Part shown: positions 34,828 to 44,705 of the stretch, one piece after another
Position numbering within the stretch: the stretch's first letter is position 1
Layout: each line of letters starts with the position of its first letter
Origin: Ktedonobacteria bacterium
Lineage (GTDB): Bacteria > Chloroflexota > Ktedonobacteria > Ktedonobacterales > JADMIN01
Reading direction: 5' to 3'
DNA length: 59,260 bases
Assembly: GCA_027307065.1 (NCBI GenBank)
Contig: DAHUXT010000001.1
Coordinates: 1-59,260 of the forward strand
Position numbers and translations under genes: made by a program
Notes under the pieces: generated by a model
The model's input: the letters and a program-made list of their open reading frames with translations, nothing else
The model's database searches: none
Told to the model about the DNA's origin: nothing

Positions 34828-35910
34828 ATGCGACGCAGGACGCAACGCTTCAGCGGCAGTCGCTGGTCAGGGCTATTGATGCTGATGGTGATGATGGCGC
34901 TGCTGGTCATGGGCAGCGTATCAACTGCCCGCACCGCGCGCGCCGATTCTTCTGGAAGCATGCATGTCGTCGTGCCGGCGCCGTCCGCGGATAACAAGAC
35001 CGTTGCGGGGCCGTTGCATACAAACGTCTCAGTATCGGCAAGCCAGGTGACGGCAGGCGCCACGTATAGCCTGGGCTGGGCCAAGCCTTCCGATGGCTGC
35101 GCCAATGGCTTTCAAGGGTTTGACAGCGGTGGCGCATCGGTCACTGCTGACAACAGCGGCACCTTCACGGCAACGGTTATCTGGCCGGGCGCCGCCAGCG
35201 ACACCACCACGCAATATTTGATATGCGCGCGCGATACCGCGAATCCGACGACAAATGTCATCACCTGCGATCAGCAGTATCAGGTACTCGTCGCGGGCAG
35301 GCCACATTTTGCCATGGCGCCGGTTTCAAAGACGAAAGGAACAGGGTACAGCGCGGGTGGTGCTGTACGGATTGACGGCATCAATTTTGTCCCTGGCAAT
35401 ACATCCATCGATGTCTTTGTGACGACGAGCGCGACGTTTGCGGCGGCAGACTTCCAGCCTGATCTCGCATTGAAGACGCAGGATGGCTCGCCGATTACCT
35501 CGGATGCCCAGGGCAGTTTCACCGCGTTTGTCCTTCTGCCGCTCAGCCCGACCGGACAACTCTTCCTCTACGTAGTCTCGGCCGACGGCGCGCCCAATGG
35601 GCCGACACCCTTCCTGCCATCGCTAGTGGTCAATCATGCCATTCTTATTGGCCAGGCCCAGCCCACACCTTCGGCCCAGCCATCCCCCACGGCGAAAGTG
35701 CCAGTTACCCAGAAGACACCGAAGACAACGTTCCCCGACCATCCGCGACGTATCTTTGCCATTGCGCTGCTTGGTGTGCTGAGTCTCATTTTGTTCATCG
35801 TCGGCGGTGTTCTGATTGCCTCAGTGGCGCTTAAACCCCGCACCCCTCCCACGATGAATAGCGGTGAGCGGTCAATGCCCGATGTGGTGCGCACTGGTCG
35901 AGAGTGGTAG
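34828..35910 (+). CDS. secreted, C-terminally membrane-anchored protein with Ig-like/beta-rich ectodomain
   Basis: ATG at 34828 with GGAGGG 7 nt upstream. Signal peptide (LLMLMVMMALLVMGSVSTARTARA). P/T/S linker. C-terminal TM (IFAIALLGVLSLILFIVGGVLIASVAL). Confidence 0.65.
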   Translation: MRRRTQRFSGSRWSGLLMLMVMMALLVMGSVSTARTARADSSGSMHVVVPAPSADNKTVAGPLHTNVSVSASQVTAGATYSLGWAKPSDGCANGFQGFDSGGASVTADNSGTFTATVIWPGAASDTTTQYLICARDTANPTTNVITCDQQYQVLVAGRPHFAMAPVSKTKGTGYSAGGAVRIDGINFVPGNTSIDVFVTTSATFAAADFQPDLALKTQDGSPITSDAQGSFTAFVLLPLSPTGQLFLYVVSADGAPNGPTPFLPSLVVNHAILIGQAQPTPSAQPSPTAKVPVTQKTPKTTFPDHPRRIFAIALLGVLSLILFIVGGVLIASVALKPRTPPTMNSGERSMPDVVRTGREW

Positions 35911-35981
35911 CGTGCGTGTAGGCGGTGACGTTGCCCCAGAACGCCGCGCCATCACGCGCAGCGCCCACGCCATGTGCCCGC

Positions 35982-37502
35982 CTACAACTCGGACTGTAGC
36001 GCGCGAAGCTGATCGGCGGGGATTACCTGGAATTTGAGGAGCAGTGTGGCGAGGTCCTCATCTTTGCCGGTAGCGGCAAGTTCCTGCTTGATGCGCCCAA
36101 GTGACGCGATCTGTTGCGGGCTGACGAGTCCCCGGCTGACCAGTAACGCTGCCAGGAGTTGATCGGGGCTGAGAAATTTGAAGAGCAGCGCCAGTTCACC
36201 GAGCTTGAACTCCATCCCGACGCCGGTGAGCATCTGCTGGATACCCCGCAGCGCCTCGATCTTCTGCTCTGTCAGCATCGCGCCCTCAACCAGCACCGTG
36301 CTCAGCGCGCGATCCGTTGGCGTGCCAGAGTGGTTGGCATAGTGCGCAGGGTTCGCGTTGATGCTCGGCATGGTAGCTATCCGGTGCGTTGGCTCTTGCA
36401 GGGCGGCGCCCATCTGGCTCATATTCCCCATCGCGCCCATATTTCCCATCGAACCGAAGTGGCCGTCGCGCTCCATCCGCTGAAATGTCGCCTCCGGCAC
36501 GACACTGGTCACCTGGTCGTCCTCTTCAGGCGGAATCCAGACATCCACGACCTGTCGCTCGTCGCGGACCACCTGCGCGGTGTGCTGCTGCGCATGCTGA
36601 CCAAATGGGTCGTGGCCAAATGAGTCGTATTGTCCCTGCCCGCTTGCCGGTTGCGCGCCAAAGCGTGGCACCTCGAACCGCTGAGCGCCAAATGGATCGG
36701 ATGGCGCGGAAGGATGTCCGAACGGATTACTGGCTGGGGACATGCCATTGCTGCCAGAGGGCATGCTGGTCGAAAACGGATTGACGCTATACGGCTGGGC
36801 AAATGGCGACCCATGATCGCTTTGGCCATCTGAGAAGGGATTCGATGCGGCAGGTTGCGCAAACGGCGAACTGCCTAAGGGGTGGGCAAACGGCGATGGC
36901 TGCTGTGGATTCGAGGAATACGGTGGTACCGAAGGCTGGCTAAAGGGATTGCTGAAGGGCGAATAGGCTGGCTGGCTCTGGGGCGAAGGCTGGCTGAATG
37001 GGGACGGGATACCGAACGCGGCGCCTATTGGTGGAATCGCGCCCTGGCTGCCCATTGACGGCATCGCGCCGTTGAACTGTATCCGCTGGCGGACGCCATC
37101 CAGCACTTTCTGGAACTCGTGTATGCCCCGTACTTCCACATCAGCCAATGCCCGCGCCGCTGGGTCAAAATCAGGATCGAGCGCGTTCGCCGGGCTGATG
37201 AAGCGGAATGTCATTACCTGGAGGGAGCGTCCACGCCGTTGAGCATCGAGCGCGACCCAGAACTCACGGCGTCCTGCCGTCGCGTTGCCGAGATCTACCA
37301 GCACCAGCGCGACCAGTTGCTTTCCCAGCATCCCAAACAGCTCGACGGGAGTGCGAGCGGCCCGGACGTCGTATCCGGCCATACGGAGTTGAGAGAGCAG
37401 TGGAACCGCAATCGTGTCATCGCGCTCGAACAAGACGACGAGCGGCGACGTGGTATTCCCCATGTCCGCGAAGCCGTTTCCCGGCATTTGCAGTATAGCC
37501 AT
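35982..37502 (-). CDS. receiver-like domain + PF/NPF-rich low-complexity linker + C-terminal T2SSE_N (GspE-N/MshEN-like) repeats
   Basis: N-terminal CheY-like pattern (VVLFERDD...LVLVDLG). About 200 aa of SPF/NPF/QP repeats. The C-terminus (LTEQKIEALRGIQQ...LSPDQLLAALLVSRGLVSPQQIASLGRI...VIPADQLRAL) resembles tandem T2SSE_N modules. Confidence 0.7.
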   Translation of the reverse strand: MAILQMPGNGFADMGNTTSPLVVLFERDDTIAVPLLSQLRMAGYDVRAARTPVELFGMLGKQLVALVLVDLGNATAGRREFWVALDAQRRGRSLQVMTFRFISPANALDPDFDPAARALADVEVRGIHEFQKVLDGVRQRIQFNGAMPSMGSQGAIPPIGAAFGIPSPFSQPSPQSQPAYSPFSNPFSQPSVPPYSSNPQQPSPFAHPLGSSPFAQPAASNPFSDGQSDHGSPFAQPYSVNPFSTSMPSGSNGMSPASNPFGHPSAPSDPFGAQRFEVPRFGAQPASGQGQYDSFGHDPFGQHAQQHTAQVVRDERQVVDVWIPPEEDDQVTSVVPEATFQRMERDGHFGSMGNMGAMGNMSQMGAALQEPTHRIATMPSINANPAHYANHSGTPTDRALSTVLVEGAMLTEQKIEALRGIQQMLTGVGMEFKLGELALLFKFLSPDQLLAALLVSRGLVSPQQIASLGRIKQELAATGKDEDLATLLLKFQVIPADQLRALQSEL

Positions 37503-37618
37503 TGGCAGTCTGCGTCTCCCCCCTCAACGATTCCGGTACGTTACGTCCCGATGTCCTTTCAGGCGGCGTTGCCCGTGCGTTTCAGTATAGCATACTCCTC
37601 ATGCGTGTCTATGCCCTG

Positions 37619-38912
37619 TCAGTACCTCTTCAGTACCTCTTCAGTACCTCCGCCAAACAGTTTGCCACGCAGATACGTCTGTGCCACCAGGTTTACGCCA
37701 AAGTGGTAGGCGATTTCGCGCTCGTCGGCCCCACGCAGCACAATCAGATCACAGCGTTTGCCCGGCTCCAGGCTGCCCACCTCGGACTCCAGCGCCAGCG
37801 CCGCCGCGCCGCCACGGGTGGCCGCTGTGATCGCTTCGTCGAGCGTCATGGCCATCGCGCTGACCGCGAGCGCAATCATCATCTGCATGTTCTCGGTGTA
37901 GCTCGTGCCTGGGTTGAAATCGGTCGCCAATGCGGTGCGCACGCCATGTTCGCGCAGCCGCCGGGCCGAGGGATAGGCGATGCTCAGCGAGAAGGAACAG
38001 CCCGGCAGCAGTGTGCCTACGACGCCCGCCGCATTCAGCGCATCCAGTTCTTCGTCGGAGGCGAAGTCGAGGTGATCGGCAGAGACAGCATGCAGGTCGG
38101 CGGCGAGTTGCGCCCCACCCGTTGGGCCAAGCTGATTGGCGTGCAACTTGAGCGCATACCCGAGGGCGCGAGCCGCTTCGAGGATGCGCCGCGACTCATC
38201 CACGGTGAACGCGGTGCGCTCGCAGAACACATCGCAGAATCGCGCATCGGCGGCAAACGCCGGCAGCATCCGTTCGCAGACGAGATCGACATAGGCCGTG
38301 CGGTCTTTGGGGCGCTCGCGGTACTCCGGCGGCAGCGTGTGCGCGCCCAGGAACGTCGGGACGATGCGCGGCAGCCAATGAGCGCATCACCGCCAGGCAA
38401 CGCGCCTCGCTCTCGGGACTCAGCCCGTAGCCCGTCTTGCCCTCAACGGTGGTGGTGCCGTGGATGGCGAACGATTCCAGGCGGCTACGGCCGAGCGCCC
38501 GCAATGCCTCCTCGGAGGCGGAGCGTGTGGCCCGCACCGTGCTGAGGATGCCACGGCCTTGCCGCGCCAGTTCTTCATACGAAACGCCCGCATGCCGCAA
38601 CTGGAACTCTTCCGCGCGCTCGCCCGCAAAGACAAAATGCGTATGCGAATCGACAAAGCCGGGCAAGACAGCGCGCCCGCCAGCATTGTGCTGCGATCCA
38701 TCCGGTAGCGACTCGATGGCAACTGCCTGTGCCAGGTCGGCCTCTGACCCCACCCAGACGATGCGACCATCCAGCGCGGCTATCGCGCCATGGGGGATCA
38801 CCCCAAGCGGCCCGCTGCCGGAGCGCTCAGGAGCAACCGTCACCAGCCGCGAAATGCCGGTGAGCACGAAATCGGCGGCATGGCGCGTATCGACGTTGGC
38901 GTCAGAATCCAT
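37619..38912 (-). pseudogene. hutI: imidazolonepropionase (HutI), interrupted by a single frameshift near 38361..38370
   Basis: N-terminal ORF 38196..38912 carries LPGFVDSHTHFVFAG. The C-terminal frame carries IVPTFLGAHTLPPEYR...CDVFCE...HANQL...SADHL...ATDFNPGTS. The two frames abut at ...AVMRSLAAAH | IVPTFLGAH. Confidence 0.75.
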
Positions 38913-38952
38913 CGCGTGCTCCCACTGCTATTCCTATATGGCTGAGCTCAGG

Positions 38953-39729
38953 TTACTTGCCCACCCAGGCTGGCTGGCGCTTTTCGAGGAAGGCGCACAT
39001 GCCCTCCTGCGCGTCGACAGCCATCGCGTTCATGCTCATCACCTCTTTGGCGTAGGCGTATGCTTTCGGTTGATCGAGGTCAATCTGGCTGTAGAACGCC
39101 TGTTTGCCGAGCGCCACGGTGAGCGAGCTGGCGGTGGCAATCGAAAGCGCAAGCTCGCGGGCGGCGCTTTCCAATTCGCCAGCGGGCACGACGGCATTGA
39201 TCAGTCCCCACTCGGCGGCGGTCTCAGCGGAGATCAGCTTGCCGGTCATCAGCATCTGGAGCGCGCGTTTGCGTCCGATGGCGCGGCTGAGGGCAACCAT
39301 TGGCGTGGTGCAGAATAGGCCAATCTTGACGCCAGGCGTGCCAAAGGTAGCCTCCTCGGCGGCGATGGCCAGATCACAGGTAGCCACAAGCTGGCACCCG
39401 GCGGCGGTAGCGATCTTCTGCACGCGCGCGATCACCGGCTGCGGAATCGCCTGGATGGTGTTCATCAACTCAACGCAGAGGTCGAAGACAGCGCGATACT
39501 GATTGATATCGCCATCCACCAGCTCGCGTAGATCATGCCCGGCGGAGAATGCGGGTCCGTTGGCCGCCAGAATGATGGCGCGCACGTCCTTCTCGGCGCT
39601 GAGCGCGCGCAGGGCATCGATGAGCTCGCGCATCATCTCACTGGCAAGGGCGTTGCGCTTCTCCGGACGATTCATCGTGATGGTGGCGACGGGAGCGTCG
39701 CGCTCGACGAGAATGGAGTTGTACGTCAT
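38953..39729 (-). CDS. enoyl-CoA hydratase/isomerase (crotonase) family protein
   Basis: ATG verified at 39729. ITMNRPEKRNAL, FSAGHDL and ATAAGCQLV crotonase blocks. Confidence 0.85.
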   Translation of the reverse strand: MTYNSILVERDAPVATITMNRPEKRNALASEMMRELIDALRALSAEKDVRAIILAANGPAFSAGHDLRELVDGDINQYRAVFDLCVELMNTIQAIPQPVIARVQKIATAAGCQLVATCDLAIAAEEATFGTPGVKIGLFCTTPMVALSRAIGRKRALQMLMTGKLISAETAAEWGLINAVVPAGELESAARELALSIATASSLTVALGKQAFYSQIDLDQPKAYAYAKEVMSMNAMAVDAQEGMCAFLEKRQPAWVGK

Positions 39730-39794
39730 TGTAGGTGCTCCTCGTGAAAGTTGCTCTCGGCTGTTGCGCGTGGCGGCGGCGTGGCGGCATGCGA

Positions 39795-40376
39795 TCACTC
39801 GCCGATGGATAGCCGCTTCTTGAGCGCGGCGGCCACTGTGTTGGTGACGATGCCGTCGAGATCGCCATGCAGGCGAGCCACCTCTTTGAGCAACGTAGCG
39901 CTGATGAAGAGGTAGCGCAGGTCGGTGACGATCATGATTGTTTCAATCTCCGGCGCGAGTTTGCGGTTCATCAACGCCTGCTGAAACTCCAGCTCGAAAT
40001 CAGTGACGGCGCGCAACCCGCGCACGATAGACTGGGCGGCGACAGAGCGGGCGAAGTCTATCACCAGCCCCTCGAACGGCTCGACGCGCACATTGGCCAG
40101 TTCTTCTTCGGCGATGGTCTTGCGCCAGAGGTCGGCGCGTTTGTCCGTCGAGAACAACAGCTTCTTATTCGGAGTCGCGTAGACGGCGATGATCAACTCG
40201 TCCACCAGAGCTGCTGCCCGCTTGGCGATATCGATATGCCCCCGATGCACGGGATCGAAACTGCCGGGATAGACCGCGACGAGACGTTTATGCTCCGATG
40301 GTGTGGCTCGACCCTGCGCCGCACCACGGCTCGCGTCGTCTGGTGGCATCGCTCTCTCGCTTTCTCTGCGCGCCAA
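39795..40376 (-). CDS. coaD: pantetheine-phosphate adenylyltransferase
   Basis: VAVYPGSFDPVHRGHIDI (T/HxGH nucleotidyltransferase motif) and IVRGLRAVTDFE. The N-terminal roughly 30 aa of the track ORF may not be translated. Confidence 0.85.
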   Translation of the reverse strand: MARRESERAMPPDDASRGAAQGRATPSEHKRLVAVYPGSFDPVHRGHIDIAKRAAALVDELIIAVYATPNKKLLFSTDKRADLWRKTIAEEELANVRVEPFEGLVIDFARSVAAQSIVRGLRAVTDFELEFQQALMNRKLAPEIETIMIVTDLRYLFISATLLKEVARLHGDLDGIVTNTVAAALKKRLSIGE

Positions 40377-40464
40377 CGGTTACCGGCGGACATCGCCTGG
40401 TACTGACCGTGACCGACCACTACCGACTTCTACCGGCATTGTAGCCGCGATGCTCCAGTGCTGT

Positions 40465-42036
40465 CTACACAGGCAACGCGCGTTGGCCACGCCGGGAGAA
40501 CTCCATCGTGCCATCACGCAACGCGCTGAACCGAAGACTCAGCAGGTCGAGCGCGTAATTCTGGTAGAGCTTCCACGGCCTTTTCGAGCCCTGATGCGGG
40601 AGCGAATCTAGCGCGCGACGCACATAGCCGGAGCTAAAGGTAAGGAGCGGTTCTTCGGTCACGGTGGGGTCATTTCGGCGGGGCGTACAGTGGCTATATC
40701 CGTGCCGCTCTATGTAGTTCAAGAGACGACACACGTACCGTGAGGTCAGCTCGCACTTCAGCGTCCATGACGCGTTGGTGTAGCCCATGGCCGATGCGAG
40801 ATTTGGAATGTCGCTGTACATCATCCCCTTGTAGGTCATCGTGTTCGACATGTCAACCGGGTTGCCATCCACTGCGAGCCGCACACCACTTAGCACCCGC
40901 ATGACGAGGCCGGTCGCCGTGACGATGAAGTCGGCGGCGAGATGCTCGCCTGAGCCCAACTGGATACCATCCTCGTCGAACGCTTCGATCTGATCGGTGA
41001 CGACCGACGCTTTGCCAGCCTTCATCGCCGCGAAGAGGTCGGCATCGGGGATCAGGCACAGCCGTTGATCCCATGGATTGTACCGGGGCGCGAAGTGTTT
41101 CTCGACGTCATAATCAGGCCCCAGCTGTTGACGGGCCATTTGCAGAATCGCGTTCTTCGTCGCATCGGGACGTCGGCGCGCGAGGTTGTAGAAATACATC
41201 CCCAGCAGAACTGACTTCCACCGGGTCGTCACATCCGCAACTCTGGCGGGCAGTCGTTGGCGCATCCAGTGCGCTATCGCATCCACTGATGGGCGCGCGA
41301 CGATATAGGTGGGAGATCGCTGGAGCATCGTGACATGCGCCGCCTGCTCGGCCAACGCTGTCACTAGCGTCACAGCGGTTGCCCCACTGCCAATCACCAC
41401 CACCCGCTTACCGGCGTAATCCAGATTGTCGGGCCATTGCTGGGGATGGATGATGCGGCCGGTGAAGCGCTCGACGCCGGGCCACGTGGGCGCGTAGCCA
41501 TGGTCATAGTCGTAGTAGCCGGTGCACAGATAGAGGAAATTACAGGTAAAGCGCACCAATTCCGTTGCCGGAGCACCATCAGCCGTGGCCGTGGCTGTCT
41601 TCTCCACCTCGACAGTCCAGCGCGCGTCGGCGCTAGACCACGCTACGCCACATACCCGATGCCCGAAGCGGATCTTCCGATCGATGCCGTACGTCCTGGC
41701 GGTCTCGCGTACATACTGCAGAATTGACGGCCCATCCGCGATAGATTTCGCCGCTCGCCAGGGATGAAACGAGTAGCCAAGCGTGTACATGTCGGAGTCG
41801 GAGCGGATGCCTGGGTAGCGGAAGAGGTCCCATGTTCCGCCAATGGCCTCCCGCCCTTCGAGGATTGCATACGTCTTGGCACGGCATCGTGTCTGGAGAT
41901 AATAGGCGGCTGCGATGCCGGAAATTCCCGCTCCCACAATCAAAACATCGATGTGTTCGGCATGATTGGCCTGCTCGGCCTGGTCAGCCTGGTCGGTGGT
42001 CATCTGGCGCATTCCTCTCGCGCAGGGTCCGCTCAT
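40465..42036 (-). CDS. class B flavoprotein monooxygenase (Baeyer-Villiger type)
   Basis: FAD GxGxxG motif VLIVGAGISGIAAAY. BVMO fingerprint FTGRIIHPQQWP (FxGxxxHxxxW). Second Rossmann motif VVVIGSGATA. The start is ambiguous between M1, M9 and M12. Confidence 0.85.
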   Translation of the reverse strand: MSGPCARGMRQMTTDQADQAEQANHAEHIDVLIVGAGISGIAAAYYLQTRCRAKTYAILEGREAIGGTWDLFRYPGIRSDSDMYTLGYSFHPWRAAKSIADGPSILQYVRETARTYGIDRKIRFGHRVCGVAWSSADARWTVEVEKTATATADGAPATELVRFTCNFLYLCTGYYDYDHGYAPTWPGVERFTGRIIHPQQWPDNLDYAGKRVVVIGSGATAVTLVTALAEQAAHVTMLQRSPTYIVARPSVDAIAHWMRQRLPARVADVTTRWKSVLLGMYFYNLARRRPDATKNAILQMARQQLGPDYDVEKHFAPRYNPWDQRLCLIPDADLFAAMKAGKASVVTDQIEAFDEDGIQLGSGEHLAADFIVTATGLVMRVLSGVRLAVDGNPVDMSNTMTYKGMMYSDIPNLASAMGYTNASWTLKCELTSRYVCRLLNYIERHGYSHCTPRRNDPTVTEEPLLTFSSGYVRRALDSLPHQGSKRPWKLYQNYALDLLSLRFSALRDGTMEFSRRGQRALPV

Positions 42037-42175
42037 CAGCAGTGAGCGACCGCTCGACGTGTTTCACGGTATCGCGAGGAAGCAGCGGCGTCAAGTGCGT
42101 ATAGAATACATCAGCCTCCAGCGCCGCAGTGGGCGTCCAGAGGCTGACAGGATGGCGTGGTATTTGGCCGAACGA

Positions 42176-44338
42176 TTAGGCGCGAATCTCATCCACCTGC
42201 GAGAGGTTGATGAACAGGTCGCAGCTCTGCCGCAGGATCATCGCGGCGGCATCCTCGAAGGCGGCCGCCTCGACGCGTACGCCGTGGTCAGAGCAGTATT
42301 CCAGCAATGGCAGGAAGTCGCTATCACCGCTGACCAGCACGACCGTATCGAGCGCGCCAGCATCTACCAGCCGCACGATATCCATGCACAGGTCAAGGTC
42401 CATATCGGCCTTGCGCGCGCCACTGGCGAACGTTTTGTAGTTCTTGGTGGTGATGCGATAGCCGACGCCCTTCACTGCCGAGAGGAAAGTCTGCTCGGCG
42501 TGCGGGTCGGGATTGGTCGGCGCGTAGGCGTGCGCCCGAATCAGCCGGCGATTGCCGCGCAAGAAGTCGAGCAGCCTCCCGAAGTCGATGCTCATCCGCT
42601 GATTGCGCGCGGAATAGAGCAGATTGGCGACATCCACAAACACGCCGATGCGCTCAGTTGACGGGAACGCTGGCAGCGCCACCGTCATGCTGGGTGGATA
42701 CTGCTGGCGGCGTAGCTCGTTGAGCAGACGGTCGGTCTGTTGCGCGATTGAATTGGTCAGGACAGCGCCCAGCTGATTGGATGACATTGGCGGCACATCG
42801 CCACCGCGCTCATTCCGGCGCACACGCGGCAACGGCTCGTGCAGCGGACTGGCGACACCAGACGACTGTGGGCCGAAGCCCCGCGCGAACGAGGGCTCTG
42901 GCGCGCTGAACGGACTCGCGGGCTCCTGCACATGTTGCTGTGCGGACGCCATGCTCCACCGCGACTCTTGCTGGCGGGCGGCTGGCGCTGGCTGGCGCGA
43001 GCCTCGCGGGCGCGGCGCGGGGGTATACGGGCTGTAGCCCGGCTCTTCAAAGAAATCGGCGCCCTCCGCGCCCGAAAGGTAGCCGTTGCTCTGGTCGTAC
43101 TCGGTGGCATACGACACCGCCGTTTCAGGAGCGGCATACGGCGCGGGCAGATGTGGCGAGCGTGATCCGTTCTGATCATGCTGCTCATCGCCTTCAACCT
43201 CGCCCGACTCGGCATCCTGAGTGCGGCTGCGACCGCGACCACGGCCACGGCGGCGGCGGCGGGCTGCCCCCTCGCGCTCGGCCTGGTCCTCGTGCTCGGC
43301 GGCATCGGCGGTAGCCGTGGATGTGCCACTCACCGGCTCCGTGTCAACGATGACCGCCTCATGATCTTCTGGTGCTTCGAGCGTTTCGAGCGTTTCGAGC
43401 GCACTGGATGTATCCGCACTATCCGTCGATTCCGGCGTGATGACGGCGATCACTGGCGCAGCATGCTCAGGACTTTCCACCGTCTTCACCGGCTCGATTG
43501 CCTCAGCACCCTCAACGGTCTCGGCGAACTCGCCCGGCTCGGTCGCGGCGCTGGGCTGAGTCTCTTCTGCGCCACTTGTCGCCTCAGTCACGGCTGTGGC
43601 GGGTGTCGTCATCAACGTGGGCGGAGTGGCGCGCCATCCACTTAGCCGCTCGGTGCGCGTTGGCGTCTGCGTGGCGGTTGCCTGGACTCGTGGGCGGTCG
43701 AAGCGATAGCGGCGCTGCTGGGTTGTTTCCTCGCGCGGCGCTAGCGTTGCCTCTGTAGATGGCTGTTCTTCAGCCTGAGGCTGCGTTGCCTGGGGAGACT
43801 GCGCCGACAGTTGCCTGGCGCCTTCGAGCGCATCCAGATGCGCCAGAATCGCGGCGTCTAGCGGCAACGGCTCAGGAGCAGGCAGCGGTATCGCCAGCGG
43901 ATTTTCCTCGCTGGTCGCGTGCGTGGGTGTCTCTGTCGCCGAGATTACCGGAATGAGTTGTACGTCTTGCGACTCTGGCTTGCCACTGCGGCGGCGATTG
44001 CTGCCTCCTCGCCGTCCGCGCGCGGGAGGACGCTTGGTAGTCTCGGCAGCTATCTCAGTGGCGACAGGTGCGACAGGTGCGCTGTGCGCTGTTTCTGCCG
44101 CTGGCGCGGATGCGGCCACGGGCTCGGCGATAGGGGTCGCGGGCTGTTCGTCGTGCTGCTCCCTGGGTTCTTGCTGTTCTTTCTGCTCTTTCGCCTGCCG
44201 TCCGCGGCTCGATGTATGGCGGCGGCGCGGCGGCCGGGAGGATGTCTTCGCGGGTGTGCTTTCCTGGGCACCAGCGGTGGCTGTGCCTTCAGTAGACCCA
44301 GGCGTCGGCGCCATGGGGTCACGTTGATCTTGCGTCAT
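42176..44338 (-). CDS. NYN-domain (LabA/PIN-like) putative RNase with about 550-aa disordered N-terminal region
   Basis: ATG at 44338 with AGGAG upstream. C-terminal IGVFVDVANLLYSAR...DMDLDLCMDIV...VVLVSGDSDFLPLLE matches the NYN layout. The N-terminus is E/T/A/P/R-rich with an RRRRRGRGRGRSR box. Confidence 0.8.
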   Translation of the reverse strand: MTQDQRDPMAPTPGSTEGTATAGAQESTPAKTSSRPPRRRHTSSRGRQAKEQKEQQEPREQHDEQPATPIAEPVAASAPAAETAHSAPVAPVATEIAAETTKRPPARGRRGGSNRRRSGKPESQDVQLIPVISATETPTHATSEENPLAIPLPAPEPLPLDAAILAHLDALEGARQLSAQSPQATQPQAEEQPSTEATLAPREETTQQRRYRFDRPRVQATATQTPTRTERLSGWRATPPTLMTTPATAVTEATSGAEETQPSAATEPGEFAETVEGAEAIEPVKTVESPEHAAPVIAVITPESTDSADTSSALETLETLEAPEDHEAVIVDTEPVSGTSTATADAAEHEDQAEREGAARRRRRGRGRGRSRTQDAESGEVEGDEQHDQNGSRSPHLPAPYAAPETAVSYATEYDQSNGYLSGAEGADFFEEPGYSPYTPAPRPRGSRQPAPAARQQESRWSMASAQQHVQEPASPFSAPEPSFARGFGPQSSGVASPLHEPLPRVRRNERGGDVPPMSSNQLGAVLTNSIAQQTDRLLNELRRQQYPPSMTVALPAFPSTERIGVFVDVANLLYSARNQRMSIDFGRLLDFLRGNRRLIRAHAYAPTNPDPHAEQTFLSAVKGVGYRITTKNYKTFASGARKADMDLDLCMDIVRLVDAGALDTVVLVSGDSDFLPLLEYCSDHGVRVEAAAFEDAAAMILRQSCDLFINLSQVDEIRA
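43376..43402 (-). repeat. 9-nt in-frame tandem repeat (ttcgagcgt x3) inside the NYN-protein disordered region
   Basis: Read directly. Encodes LETLETLE. Confidence 0.85.
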
Positions 44339-44705
44339 ATTGTCTCCTGCTTCTGCCGCAAGCAGGGGCGCAGAGTGGTGTGGCGGGGAGGCTGATCGAT
44401 GACGTAGGGGGAATCCGGCAAGTCGCAACGCCGCGGTGTATCTCTGATGCGCTGTGCCTGAAGTAGTTCTGCTGGCAGCCAGCGCGGATGCGCATTATCG
44501 TCGCGTCAGTCGTATATTCCCAGGCCGGTCTCAACCCAACCTCAACCCTCTCCCCACTACCCTTCCGGCATCCCGCCATCCCTGGCGGAAGCGCAACCCT
44601 GTGCGGGCTTGTCTTTCTGTCTGTGCGCCGCCGGAGCAGCACATCAGGAACGATTTCAGAGCCTCCCGTCGCCGCGCATACACACGTGAGCGACGGTAAC
44701 CAATG

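Noticed and set aside
37502-39318. Plus-strand ORFs of 347 and 293 aa
   Set aside because: They lie antisense to hutI and the crotonase gene, and the translations are R/A/G-rich shadows.
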